From an uncultured bacterium (lineage in GTDB: Bacteria > Babelota > Babeliae > Babelales > JABCYS01), in assembly GCA_963705705.1 (NCBI GenBank), contig CAVPKK010000007.1, positions 96,001 through 160,000 of the forward strand: a stretch of DNA of 64,000 bases, read 5' to 3'. This document shows, in pieces, positions 1-8,558 of this stretch. A program made the position numbers and the translations under genes. The notes under the pieces are model-generated. The model made no database searches. It saw only the letters and a program-made list of their open reading frames with translations, and was not told the DNA's origin. Numbering within the stretch: the first letter of the stretch is position 1; the number at the start of each line of letters is the position of its first letter.

Positions 1-36
1 CGCAACAAAAAAAATACTAATAATTCTTTTCTTCAT
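1..36 (-). CDS. 5' end of a putative exported protein running off the window (MKKRIISIFFVA...)
   Basis: ATG at 36 on the minus strand, purine-rich RBS-like AGAGAG upstream, basic-then-hydrophobic N-terminus like neighbouring genes. Confidence 0.5.
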   Translation of the reverse strand, partial: MKKRIISIFFVA

Positions 37-66
37 AATACGTTCTCTCTTTTATTCGTTACATTT

Positions 67-819
67 TCACTGATGCGGATGCTGCGGCCCAGTTTTTACG
101 CCGGTTTCGCGAAGGATTCTTTCCCGACGAGCCACAGCTGGCGCTTGTATATGAGGATTTCCAGTACCAGCAGTACCTTCTTTCTTTACAATATTGGGAA
201 GAGGTTCCATCACACGGTGTTTCACAAGAGGTTTTGGTGCATTTTCTAACTTCGAAGCGCCAGCGGCAACATTTCTGCTTGCACGCACTTCTGTAGGAGT
301 ACCGTGTACTAACACTGCGCTCGTTACACTAGGTTTTACAGGAGTTGGTCGCTGAGTTACAACACCGGCGCGTTCTCGGCCTGGTCCTTCATATATAGCG
401 TGAGGTGTAGTTATCGGTTCTTCAAGAGCTGGTAGCGGCGTTAATGGGCTCGCCGGTCTTGGCGATGCCAATGGTGTACCACTTGGAGATGTAACTGGCG
501 TTGCTTCAATATGCATGTTTGGTTGGCCAGGAACCGGTTCGCTCACAGATCTTATTGGCATAGGAGCTTCGCCTCGCCCAATTGAGGTACGATGAAATAC
601 AACTTTTTTCGATTCAAAAGGATTTCGCTCACTCACTTCACTACGAGGCTGTTGTGTAAGACCTTCTCTTTGAACTGCTCGGCTCTCTTCACTTTCTTCA
701 TGCCTCGGCCGCGTTTGCCGCCTTTCCAGTTGCGGCACTTCTGCTACTTCACCCAAAGACAAGATATTTTGTGCAGACATGCCTAAAATAATCAGTAAAC
801 CATTATATCTATTCTTCAT
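67..819 (-). CDS. Putative exported low-complexity (Pro/Ser/Thr-rich) protein, KKVVxHR family
   Basis: Start placed at MKNRYNGLLIILGMSAQNILSLGE by homology to 5236-5832; KKVVFHR motif shared with two paralogues. Confidence 0.7.
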   Translation of the reverse strand: MKNRYNGLLIILGMSAQNILSLGEVAEVPQLERRQTRPRHEESEESRAVQREGLTQQPRSEVSERNPFESKKVVFHRTSIGRGEAPMPIRSVSEPVPGQPNMHIEATPVTSPSGTPLASPRPASPLTPLPALEEPITTPHAIYEGPGRERAGVVTQRPTPVKPSVTSAVLVHGTPTEVRASRNVAAGASKLENAPKPLVKHRVMEPLPNIVKKEGTAGTGNPHIQAPAVARRERILRETGVKTGPQHPHQ

Positions 820-881
820 TGTCTTCCTTTTATACTCACTCAGGCCCAAAACTCAGGCCGAATTCCATTTACTTCATTCAT

Positions 882-911
882 ACAATAACAGGTCAGAATT
901 ATAAAAAGCAA
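882..911 (-). promoter_or_regulatory. Putative sigma70-type promoter (TTGCTT-18-TATTGT)
   Basis: Hexamers and spacing are conserved in the duplicated copy at 5893-5922 upstream of the paralogue. Confidence 0.35.
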
Positions 912-1040
912 CGATATTTACCTCATTAAACAACTCTTTTTCATAATAAATTAATACGTAAGGCCTCTACCAAAACTGTTGCAAAACAACAGCTCATCTC
1001 ATTAATCTGGTAATAAATACAAACACGTGAAGCACTTAGG

Positions 1041-3914
1041 ATGAAAATGAAAGCCGCGATAAAAATATTTTTGGTATCAGCTCTTATATTAATTACGCCA
1101 TCAAGCAGCAAAGCTAATTTTTTGGATGATATGGAGAATTTGGGCAAGGAGATGGTTAACCCCGAAACGTATACGACTTTCGGACAAGGAACACAAACTA
1201 TAGGCAAGGGGATAGAAGAACAGGCGGTAAGTACGTATGAGACAACCAAAGAAACTCTTAAAAAATTTGGTGTGTGGGTAGAAGGTGCCCCTGATTGGTT
1301 TAAAGGAGCAGTAGGTTGCGCCGGCAATTTAGATTGTATACGTGATTGGGCCGCCCAGGGAATAGATCAAATTCAGAAACACGGGTTAGAACTTCTCACA
1401 GGTGCAGCTGAACAAGGTTTAATTGGCGCGGCCTCAGGTCTTCTTCAAGGTGGCCTTCCGGGCGTGATTGCAGGGTTTGGAAAAGGAGCGATAGCAGGCA
1501 TTACCATGGAAGAAATAGAGATTAATAAAGAAAAAATTCAAAAAGCTTTGGGCAGTGCCGGTCTTCAAGTCTTAAATGCGGCAATGCCCGCATTAGTTGA
1601 AGCTGCTGCGAGCAAGAGAAGCTTATTAAAGGCAGCAGTTGAGGGAGGAGTCTTCGGCTTGGGACAATATGAAACGCAGTTTGTTCCGAATGTAAATTTA
1701 CCAGGCGGAATTAACACACAGCAACTTGTCGTGGGCACGATGATGGGTGGCCTGATCGGCGGTCTTGCGGGAAGAGAAGGAGCGCTTGGGCGTGCCGCTA
1801 AAGGAATGGTACTTGGTACACTTGCAAGCGCTGGAGGCCAAGCGCTAACGAACCTAGCTCCACAAGGATCAGACGCTTCTCAATTTGCCAATCAAATCAC
1901 CCAGTTTGCAGGAAATTTTGCAATCGAAGCGTTAACTAAAGGACGTGGGAATGCACCGGTTGCAGAATTAGAAAAAAATCCAATAAACAGACTGACTCGA
2001 AGACAGCAAGAAGAGCTTGCAGCGGTGACAAGAAAAGCTCCTATTACCCGATCCGAATTACCAATTCATCCTGAACTTCAGGCTCAGTATGAGGAGGAAT
2101 TAGCTGCCAAACAAAAAGAAAAACCTGTCACTCGCGTAGCCAGCAAAAAAACCAAAGTTTCTCCGGTCGCAGAATTGGCCAAAAACACTGTAAAAGGAAT
2201 GGTAATTGGAGGTGCTATAGGAGCCGGTTTCCAAGGCCTGGAAATGACACGCCCAACACCAGAACCAAAAATTGATGATAGTGCTGTTGTCGATGCTGTA
2301 AATCAAACAGATTGGTCGCCGGTACCGGCTCTCATTTCTCCGGATACGATCGCGGCTGCTAATGCACTAGGCTATGATATTGATCCGGTGACAGGTGCAG
2401 TTACTTATAAACAAAATGCTATCGATGCAGCCGCAAATCAGGGATATGATATGACCCCTCAAGGAGATGTCACGTTAGATCCAGATTATATAACATCTGC
2501 ACAACAGCAACTTACGCAACAAATGGGCCATCCTGTTACACTTTCTCCTGAAGTAATTTATTTAGCTCAACTTCAGATCAGTGATATGATGCACAATCAA
2601 ATAGTGCTTTTTACAGATCGCAGTCCCAAAATTTTGGCACAGCAATCTGCATACGCCAAAGCAATACGAGATGAGGTGAAACGAGAGTGGCAGGAATATA
2701 GGGAAGAAGGTCTTATAGAGCAAAAAAAATATGAGGCTGAACAGGAAAAACTAAAAGAAGAAGCCGCTGCGCGAGAAGCAAAAGAAACTGCACAACGGAA
2801 TGCTGAATGGTTTAAAAAAGTTGCTGAACAAAAAATGGCTGCCGAAAAACAAAATGAAGAAAATCAAAAATTAAATGCTGAGATCGATGAAGAAAACAAA
2901 CGAATAGCAGAAAAAAATTTGGAAGATACCTATCAAATCGCTAAAAAAGCTGCCGAGCAGCGTGCTCATTTAGATAGATGGGGGCGTAAAATCTACGACC
3001 AATCGGATTCGAATTATAATGCCAAGCTTAAAGAACTTATGCTTGCAGTAAACATGGCTTTTATGGGGAAAGTAAAAGAGCTGCCATTGCCAAAACCAGT
3101 TCAGGATGCATTTAAAACAAGAGCAAAAGCAGATGTACAAACATCACATGGCCAACTACTTATAGATCTTGCTCATAAAACGCCAAAGATAATGCAAGAG
3201 GCTAAAGCTAAACAAAAGCAGAAAATTCCACTTACTCAAGTGCAAGAAAAGAAAAGAAATACTATACAAAAATCAATACAAGCGGCAGCAGCGAAAATTA
3301 ATCTTGGAACCTTGAAACCATCTCCATTCATTACACCTCAGCCAATCAAGCAGGTTGCAAAACCGATTGTAACAAGAAAGAAGTTAACGCCGACACCGGT
3401 AGTGAAGCCTCCAGTTCCGACACCATCACCTGCGCCGATAGTAGAAACGGTTCATACTTTAGTTCCTACGCCAAAACCTATTGCAGAAACAAAGATTGAA
3501 AAACAAGCGATGAAGCCTCCTGCACCTTCGCCAAAGCCAGTAATAAAACCTGCTCCTGTACCGACGCCTATACCGGTCTCAGTATCGAAAGTTGAAAAGC
3601 CAAAACCAATACATGAAACTACCGGCCACGTCACGGCAGCTGAGCATAAAGAATTACAAGCGCAACGAGAAGCTCAAATGAAGCGGCCGGTTAATACTTT
3701 GCCGGTAGTAATACTCGGAGAAAACAAGAATATAAAACGAGCTACTGCTAAGCCAATGCCAAAACGCGCGGCAAAAACCCAAGCAAAGGCTCGAGCTGCA
3801 ACATCAGTGACTCCTCATCCTCAACCAAGGCAAGTTGCAAGGCCTGTTGTTACGCATGCGCTTATGATTCATGAAGCACCAAAATCGCATCCGGAATCGT
3901 CAGAGCATCAATAA
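1041..3914 (+). CDS. Large exported protein: signal peptide, glycine-zipper hydrophobic segments, coiled coil, Pro/Lys-rich tail
   Basis: 957-aa ORF; GxxxG repeats (GLIGAASGLLQGG, GGLIGGLAG, GGAIGAG); E/K/A-rich heptads; PKP/PTP tail. Confidence 0.75.
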   Translation: MKMKAAIKIFLVSALILITPSSSKANFLDDMENLGKEMVNPETYTTFGQGTQTIGKGIEEQAVSTYETTKETLKKFGVWVEGAPDWFKGAVGCAGNLDCIRDWAAQGIDQIQKHGLELLTGAAEQGLIGAASGLLQGGLPGVIAGFGKGAIAGITMEEIEINKEKIQKALGSAGLQVLNAAMPALVEAAASKRSLLKAAVEGGVFGLGQYETQFVPNVNLPGGINTQQLVVGTMMGGLIGGLAGREGALGRAAKGMVLGTLASAGGQALTNLAPQGSDASQFANQITQFAGNFAIEALTKGRGNAPVAELEKNPINRLTRRQQEELAAVTRKAPITRSELPIHPELQAQYEEELAAKQKEKPVTRVASKKTKVSPVAELAKNTVKGMVIGGAIGAGFQGLEMTRPTPEPKIDDSAVVDAVNQTDWSPVPALISPDTIAAANALGYDIDPVTGAVTYKQNAIDAAANQGYDMTPQGDVTLDPDYITSAQQQLTQQMGHPVTLSPEVIYLAQLQISDMMHNQIVLFTDRSPKILAQQSAYAKAIRDEVKREWQEYREEGLIEQKKYEAEQEKLKEEAAAREAKETAQRNAEWFKKVAEQKMAAEKQNEENQKLNAEIDEENKRIAEKNLEDTYQIAKKAAEQRAHLDRWGRKIYDQSDSNYNAKLKELMLAVNMAFMGKVKELPLPKPVQDAFKTRAKADVQTSHGQLLIDLAHKTPKIMQEAKAKQKQKIPLTQVQEKKRNTIQKSIQAAAAKINLGTLKPSPFITPQPIKQVAKPIVTRKKLTPTPVVKPPVPTPSPAPIVETVHTLVPTPKPIAETKIEKQAMKPPAPSPKPVIKPAPVPTPIPVSVSKVEKPKPIHETTGHVTAAEHKELQAQREAQMKRPVNTLPVVILGENKNIKRATAKPMPKRAAKTQAKARAATSVTPHPQPRQVARPVVTHALMIHEAPKSHPESSEHQ

Positions 3915-3955
3915 TTAAAGATTTAGGGATGCCGATATTTATTAGAAAGAGCGAG

Positions 3956-5029
3956 ATGAAGAATCAATATATTATATTTGTTGCATGTATAACTGCGCAA
4001 ACTATGCTGGCTATGGGAGAACTAGAAGAAGTTCAACAATTTCAGCATCATCAACGGGAAGAGCCGCAACATGGTACTCAAAATGAAGAAGGTTTTCAAA
4101 GAACTTACAGGGCACAGACTGGCGAACAAGTTGGCCCAGCAAATCCTTACGCATCAAAAAAAGTTGTATATCACAGGAGAACTCCAGCTCGGACTGAATT
4201 TATAAATATTCCAACGCCAGTTAGTTCCACGAAACCATTAGGGCAACTTGAAGCTCCAGCAACTAATTTAAGACCGAGGCTGCAATCAGAAGCAACATTA
4301 AAAGTTCCATCTTCGGATATAATGAGAAGAGGTAGCGTGGGAGGAAATATTGAAAAACTATCAGGTGTTGCCACTACAGCTTCAGGCGCAACAGCATTGC
4401 AAAAGCCAGGTATTACCCCAAAACCAGAAATTGCGGTATTAATTCCTGGTCGTGAACCTGATATACAAACGAAAATTCGCCGACGCTTGAGCAGTCTCAA
4501 TGAAGAGGTTGCCTCAAAAAAATCAGTTATTGAAAGTACGAACAAACAGATTATTGAAAATACGAACAAAAAAATTAGCGAAAGTACGAACAAAAAAATA
4601 CCACCAGAAGAGTTGACGAAAGCTGCCAAGACTATGGAAGAATTTAAAAAAGCAGAGGGGAAATTTCAGAGTAAACTGAGCGATTTAAAATCAGATATGG
4701 AAAAAGCTGGGCTTCATTCAATTCAAGAGCTACCGCCAAAGCAACAAAGCAAGCTGCAAAAACTGGAAACTCAACATCAACAATTAGTGAGTAAGCATCA
4801 AGAAACGCAATTGAATACAATAAACAAACTTTCGCAGCTGATTCCACCACATGAACCACCAGCATCTCATCATCCTCCTATGCGAAAATCCACGACCGGA
4901 GCACTCGCTGTGCCGGGAGAGCATTCAAGCTTTAGTGGTTCTCGAAGAGCCAGTACAGGTGCAATGATGATGAAACCTCACAATCCTTCTGCTCATCCTA
5001 ACCCTCTCCATCCCCAATTCATTAAATAG
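3956..5029 (+). CDS. Putative exported protein, KKVVxHR family
   Basis: MKNQYIIFVACITAQTMLAMGE signal-like start; NPYASKKVVYHR motif; coiled-coil middle; His/Pro-rich end. Confidence 0.7.
   Translation: MKNQYIIFVACITAQTMLAMGELEEVQQFQHHQREEPQHGTQNEEGFQRTYRAQTGEQVGPANPYASKKVVYHRRTPARTEFINIPTPVSSTKPLGQLEAPATNLRPRLQSEATLKVPSSDIMRRGSVGGNIEKLSGVATTASGATALQKPGITPKPEIAVLIPGREPDIQTKIRRRLSSLNEEVASKKSVIESTNKQIIENTNKKISESTNKKIPPEELTKAAKTMEEFKKAEGKFQSKLSDLKSDMEKAGLHSIQELPPKQQSKLQKLETQHQQLVSKHQETQLNTINKLSQLIPPHEPPASHHPPMRKSTTGALAVPGEHSSFSGSRRASTGAMMMKPHNPSAHPNPLHPQFIK
4527..4598 (+). repeat. 3 x 24-bp in-frame tandem repeat (IESTNKQI / IENTNKKI / SESTNKKI)
   Basis: ttattgaaagtacgaacaaacaga / ttattgaaaatacgaacaaaaaaa / ttagcgaaagtacgaacaaaaaaa. 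Confidence 0.9.
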
Positions 5030-5235
5030 CGTTAGCCAAATTAGGCAGAAGATAATGCAGTTATTTATTGAAAGATCTGAAATTAGGCAAATATGCCCAC
5101 GATTTATGGCAATGGAATGCCACTTAATGACGGACGTGCCTTTATCTCGATGGAAGGTTAGTGGGGCCAAGAATTGGTTCATGACCCCCAAAAACTGAAT
5201 TGAATTCCATTTATTCGTCTGTTTAAAAAAAACAG

Positions 5236-5832
5236 CTATTTTGGAGCTGATGGAGTTCTTTCCCTTTGAAAATTTTTCGGTTGATGGACCCAATTAGAAA
5301 GTTCAGTTTCAGAAAAGCGACGCCTTATATTTTTTTTAGGAGCTCGTTCTGGATTCTGTGTAACATGCTGAAGTATTCTCTCATTAGTTACTGCAGGATG
5401 TTGAGATCTAAATTCTTTCGCCCACTTTGCAAGATCCCCCCATGCTGGAGATGTCTTTTTTCCTGACATTTTTAAATTAACGAAGGTCCGCCATTTCTTT
5501 TGGTCCTCAATTATTTGTTTATTTCGTTCCAAACCAATTTTTTCGGGAATCGTTGAAACAGCTCCTGCTCGGGGCCGAGTATCAATATGTTCCAATTCTT
5601 CGGTTGTTAGAAGGGCTTGCTTAGTTGGGGCCTCTCGATGATATACAATCTTATTGAGGTGACGAGGTTGTGTTGCGATGCCACTTGCAACTGGGCTTTG
5701 CGACGTTGCTTCATTATATGGGGACCGCCGCAACTCAGCTTCTTCCCCTACGACAGCCGATTCTCCCAAAGCAAATATATTTTGTGCAAACATGCCTATA
5801 ATAAGCAGTAAACCACTATATCTTTTTTTCAT
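5236..5832 (-). CDS. Putative exported protein, KKVVxHR family
   Basis: MKKRYSGLLLIIGMFAQNIFALGE closely matches the N-terminus of 67-819; KIVYHR motif. Confidence 0.7.
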   Translation of the reverse strand: MKKRYSGLLLIIGMFAQNIFALGESAVVGEEAELRRSPYNEATSQSPVASGIATQPRHLNKIVYHREAPTKQALLTTEELEHIDTRPRAGAVSTIPEKIGLERNKQIIEDQKKWRTFVNLKMSGKKTSPAWGDLAKWAKEFRSQHPAVTNERILQHVTQNPERAPKKNIRRRFSETELSNWVHQPKNFQRERTPSAPK

Positions 5833-5892
5833 TATCTTCCTTTATTGTTTATGGCTCCAAAACTTGGGCCAAATTTCATTTACTACATGTCC

Positions 5893-5922
5893 ACAATAAC
5901 AGGCTAGAGTTATAAAAAGCAA
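5893..5922 (-). promoter_or_regulatory. Putative sigma70-type promoter, duplicate of 882-911
   Basis: TTGCTT-18-TATTGT conserved between the duplicated upstream regions. Confidence 0.35.
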
Positions 5923-5970
5923 GAGTATTTGAATTATCTAATCACTCTTTTTCATAATAAATTAAGCGAC

Positions 5971-6068
5971 CCTCCTAATCACAACCCATTCCGTACCCAA
6001 TCCATCAAATAGAGATAGCCAACGGAAATGAATTTGTTATTGAAAGGGTCTGAAATAGGCAAAGCTGC
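5971..6068 (+). pseudogene. Remnant 3' end and downstream flank of a paralogue of 3956-5029
   Basis: Encodes PPNHNPFRTQSIK* versus HPNPLHPQFIK*; the following tagccaa...ttattgaaag..tctgaaa.taggcaaa matches 5034-5098. Confidence 0.6.
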
Positions 6069-6138
6069 CTATGGATTCTTTGTATTTTTTTCTGAGCTAA
6101 CCAGACGTCGGCAGCTATAAAGATAGGATCATTAGAAA

Positions 6139-6215
6139 TGGCGGGGCTGGCGAGACTCGAACTCGTGACCTTTCGCGTGACAGGCGAACGCTCTAACCAA
6201 CTGAGCTACAGCCCC
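6139..6215 (-). tRNA. tRNA-Asp(GTC)
   Basis: Cloverleaf with anticodon arm TTCGC-CTGTCAC-GCGAA, TTCGA T-loop, encoded CCA. Confidence 0.97.
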
Positions 6216-6219
6216 TAAA

Positions 6220-6294
6220 TGGCTCCCCGGGCAGGGATCGAACCTGCGACCTAACGATTAACAGTCGTTTGCTCTGCCGCTGAGCTACCGAGGA
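6220..6294 (-). tRNA. tRNA-Asn(GTT)
   Basis: Anticodon arm AACGA-CTGTTAA-TCGTT, T-loop, CCA. Confidence 0.97.
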
Positions 6295-6315
6295 ATAATA
6301 TATCAAAAAATTTTA

Positions 6316-6390
6316 TGGTGGGCGATACAGGGCTCGAACCTGTGACCCCCAGTTTGTAAGACTGATGCTCTACCGCTGAGCTAATCGCCC
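6316..6390 (-). tRNA. tRNA-Val(TAC)
   Basis: Anticodon arm TCAGT-CTTACAA-ACTGG, T-loop, CCA. Confidence 0.97.
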
Positions 6391-6596
6391 ATATATTCTT
6401 CTAAAAAGAGGCCTAAAAGGTACTCAAAATGCTTGGCAAAGTCAAAGGCGACTTTGAAAAGCCCGAATTGCTCGCCCAGCATCTACAACTACGGATTTAT
6501 CGTTCGATCAAAATGATAGCTTGGCTGATTTTAACAGCCTCAAGAAACTTGCGTTCCGGTCCTTTCTTTCATACTATGCCAATAAATAAAAAAAAC

Positions 6597-6648
6597 CCGT
6601 TCGTCCTGAGTGTTTTGCGCAGCAAAATGTATCGAAGGATGCGAACGG
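6597..6648 (+). repeat. Palindromic repeat family A, long variant with an extra internal hairpin
   Basis: ccgttcgtcctgagtg-ttttgc-gca-gcaaaa-tgtatcgaaggatgcgaacgg. Confidence 0.8.
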
Positions 6649-6681
6649 CGGCCTTAATTCCTCAGCATTTCCGGAGAGCTC

Positions 6682-7614
6682 ATGACCCACCAAAAGACCA
6701 CCCTTTCAGACATTTTGCGCAATGTTTTCTATATCTTTTTAATCATTGCTATTGCCCCGCCCATCGTCCAACAGATATGGGGCTCATTTACGCGCGTGGC
6801 CGAAACCCGGACTAAAGTCGCCTGGGTCGAAATCGATGATTTAGTAGAAGATTCAGGGCCCTATGTGAGCCAGCTCAAAAAATATTTTGGCGATAAAGAA
6901 ATCAAAGCAATTTTACTTAAAATGGAGTCTCCAGGAGCGGTGGCGGGTTCTGCCCAAGCGTTATTTAATGAAATTATGCACTTCAAAAAGGAACATCCAA
7001 AACCGGTGATTACCCTAGTAGAAAATACCTGTGCAAGTGGCGGCTATTGGATAGCGTGCTCAGCAGATCACATTATTGCTTCATCAGTGGCTAAGATTGG
7101 TAGTATCGGTGTGGTAATTCGGGCATTCACCGTAAAAGATTTGCTTGACCAATATAAGATTCATTACACGCCAGTTACCGCAGGCGCCTATAAAACTGCC
7201 GGCGATCCATTTACCACGATGACCGAAGCGCAAAAGAAGATGTTGGATGAAATGACACATCAAACATATGAGCAGTTTACGGCTTCAATCGCAAGTCGCC
7301 GACCGAAATTATCTCTTAAGGATTTAAACACCTGGGCCGATGGCAAAATTTTTATCGGGGCTGAAGCATTAAAGCTTGGTCTGATTGATGAGTTAGGTTC
7401 AATTTCTACTGCCGAGGCGTGGCTGCGCAAACATGCATCGATCGAAGGAAAAATTGAATGGGTAAGAATGGAAGGCCCATCGCTTTGGGAACGATTCACG
7501 GGCAAAGCACACAGCTATTATTCTTCCGATACCTCGATGAATGAAGCCATGGTTGAAAAAATAGCTTCAAAAATAATGACGCAGCTTTCTGCTCACGGTT
7601 TCATGTTTGTTTAA
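6682..7614 (+). CDS. sppA: Signal peptide peptidase SppA (36K type, peptidase S49)
   Basis: ESPG, CASGGYWIA, GSIGV, YKTAG, ADGKIF, GLIDELG motifs; N-terminal TM helix. Confidence 0.93.
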   Translation: MTHQKTTLSDILRNVFYIFLIIAIAPPIVQQIWGSFTRVAETRTKVAWVEIDDLVEDSGPYVSQLKKYFGDKEIKAILLKMESPGAVAGSAQALFNEIMHFKKEHPKPVITLVENTCASGGYWIACSADHIIASSVAKIGSIGVVIRAFTVKDLLDQYKIHYTPVTAGAYKTAGDPFTTMTEAQKKMLDEMTHQTYEQFTASIASRRPKLSLKDLNTWADGKIFIGAEALKLGLIDELGSISTAEAWLRKHASIEGKIEWVRMEGPSLWERFTGKAHSYYSSDTSMNEAMVEKIASKIMTQLSAHGFMFV

Positions 7615-8558
7615 GACGACATACCAGATGCTTTGGCTGACAAAATTGCAACAGCAGTAATTGCGCGCATATCGATTAACGGCTTCACACTGATTTCGTA
7701 ATTAACACCAACTCGTTCGGCTTGCGTTATGCGGCCCAGAATAAATCCACGTGGGAATAATAGTCCTTCACCGCTTGTAATTACCACATCATCCGGCTGC
7801 ACTTCAAATAGATGGCTTATATGGCAGAGCTTGCCATTGTCGGTGGTATTATTGCCTTCATAGATGCCATATACCTGATGTTGCGTACAAATGGCTGAAA
7901 CTTTGCATGAGCGATCGGTGACCAGCAAAACTTTGCTCAGGTGCTCATATACTTCGGTGATGCGGCCAATTAAATTATTTTGGTAGACGCACACCATATC
8001 AACTTCCAGGCCTTGGTCTTTTCCGCCTTCAATGATGAGGAAGTGAGCGTCGGGGGAGATGTTTCTGAGGATTACGGGGGCGAGTAGGTTGTTTGAGGAA
8101 TTATCTATTTGTTTAAAATTCCGGTTCAAGTCGCTCTCGCGCTTCGATTCTTCGATTAACTCAGAATGAGCGCGGTTTAAATTATTTACGATTTTTTGGT
8201 CGTCAGCAATGTCATCCAAATTTGTAATAACATCATGTGTAATTGTTTCGTAGTGCAACGCAGCATGTGCATTTGCCAATGCAGATTGTGTCCAAGCAAG
8301 TTCTTGTTGTACGTTGTCGAGTTGTTGTAGTGCCTGTGCCACGCTCATGCGTTGTCGTTTTTTTTCTTTCCAATAACTAACCCATGAAGATTGCATAGAA
8401 AGGATTGGCTGCATAATGCGCGAAGCGTATTGCTCAGCAGTGCCAGGTTGGTGTGAAAAGAAACGATTGGCAACAAAAAATACTAAAATGGCGATTATAA
8501 GAAAATTAAGAAGCGGTTCCTTGTGCAGATTCTTTATGTTCTTCACGCGACTTGCCAT
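7611..8558 (-). CDS. mreC: Rod shape-determining protein MreC
   Basis: N-terminal TM, coiled coil, GKDQGL..DM, LIGRI.EV....SKVLLVTD, VITSGEGLLFPRG motifs. Confidence 0.9.
   Translation of the reverse strand: MASRVKNIKNLHKEPLLNFLIIAILVFFVANRFFSHQPGTAEQYASRIMQPILSMQSSWVSYWKEKKRQRMSVAQALQQLDNVQQELAWTQSALANAHAALHYETITHDVITNLDDIADDQKIVNNLNRAHSELIEESKRESDLNRNFKQIDNSSNNLLAPVILRNISPDAHFLIIEGGKDQGLEVDMVCVYQNNLIGRITEVYEHLSKVLLVTDRSCKVSAICTQHQVYGIYEGNNTTDNGKLCHISHLFEVQPDDVVITSGEGLLFPRGFILGRITQAERVGVNYEISVKPLIDMRAITAVAILSAKASGMSS
8138..8174 (-). repeat. Family A palindrome inside mreC, read in-frame as RAHSELIEESKR
   Basis: cgcgcttcgattcttcgattaactcagaatgagcgcg, nearly identical to intergenic copy 63177-63213. 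Confidence 0.9.

Noticed and set aside
2066..2087. tcatcctgaacttcagg in the 957-aa gene as a family A copy
   Set aside because: The TCGAAGG half is missing; could be chance coding for HPELQ
5100..5135. GNGMPL peptide as an IS5 transposase remnant
   Set aside because: Six residues only, with no extended frame or inverted repeats
6429..6815. 128-aa ORF upstream of sppA
   Set aside because: It spans the promoter region and a palindrome, overlaps sppA out of frame and has no recognisable motif
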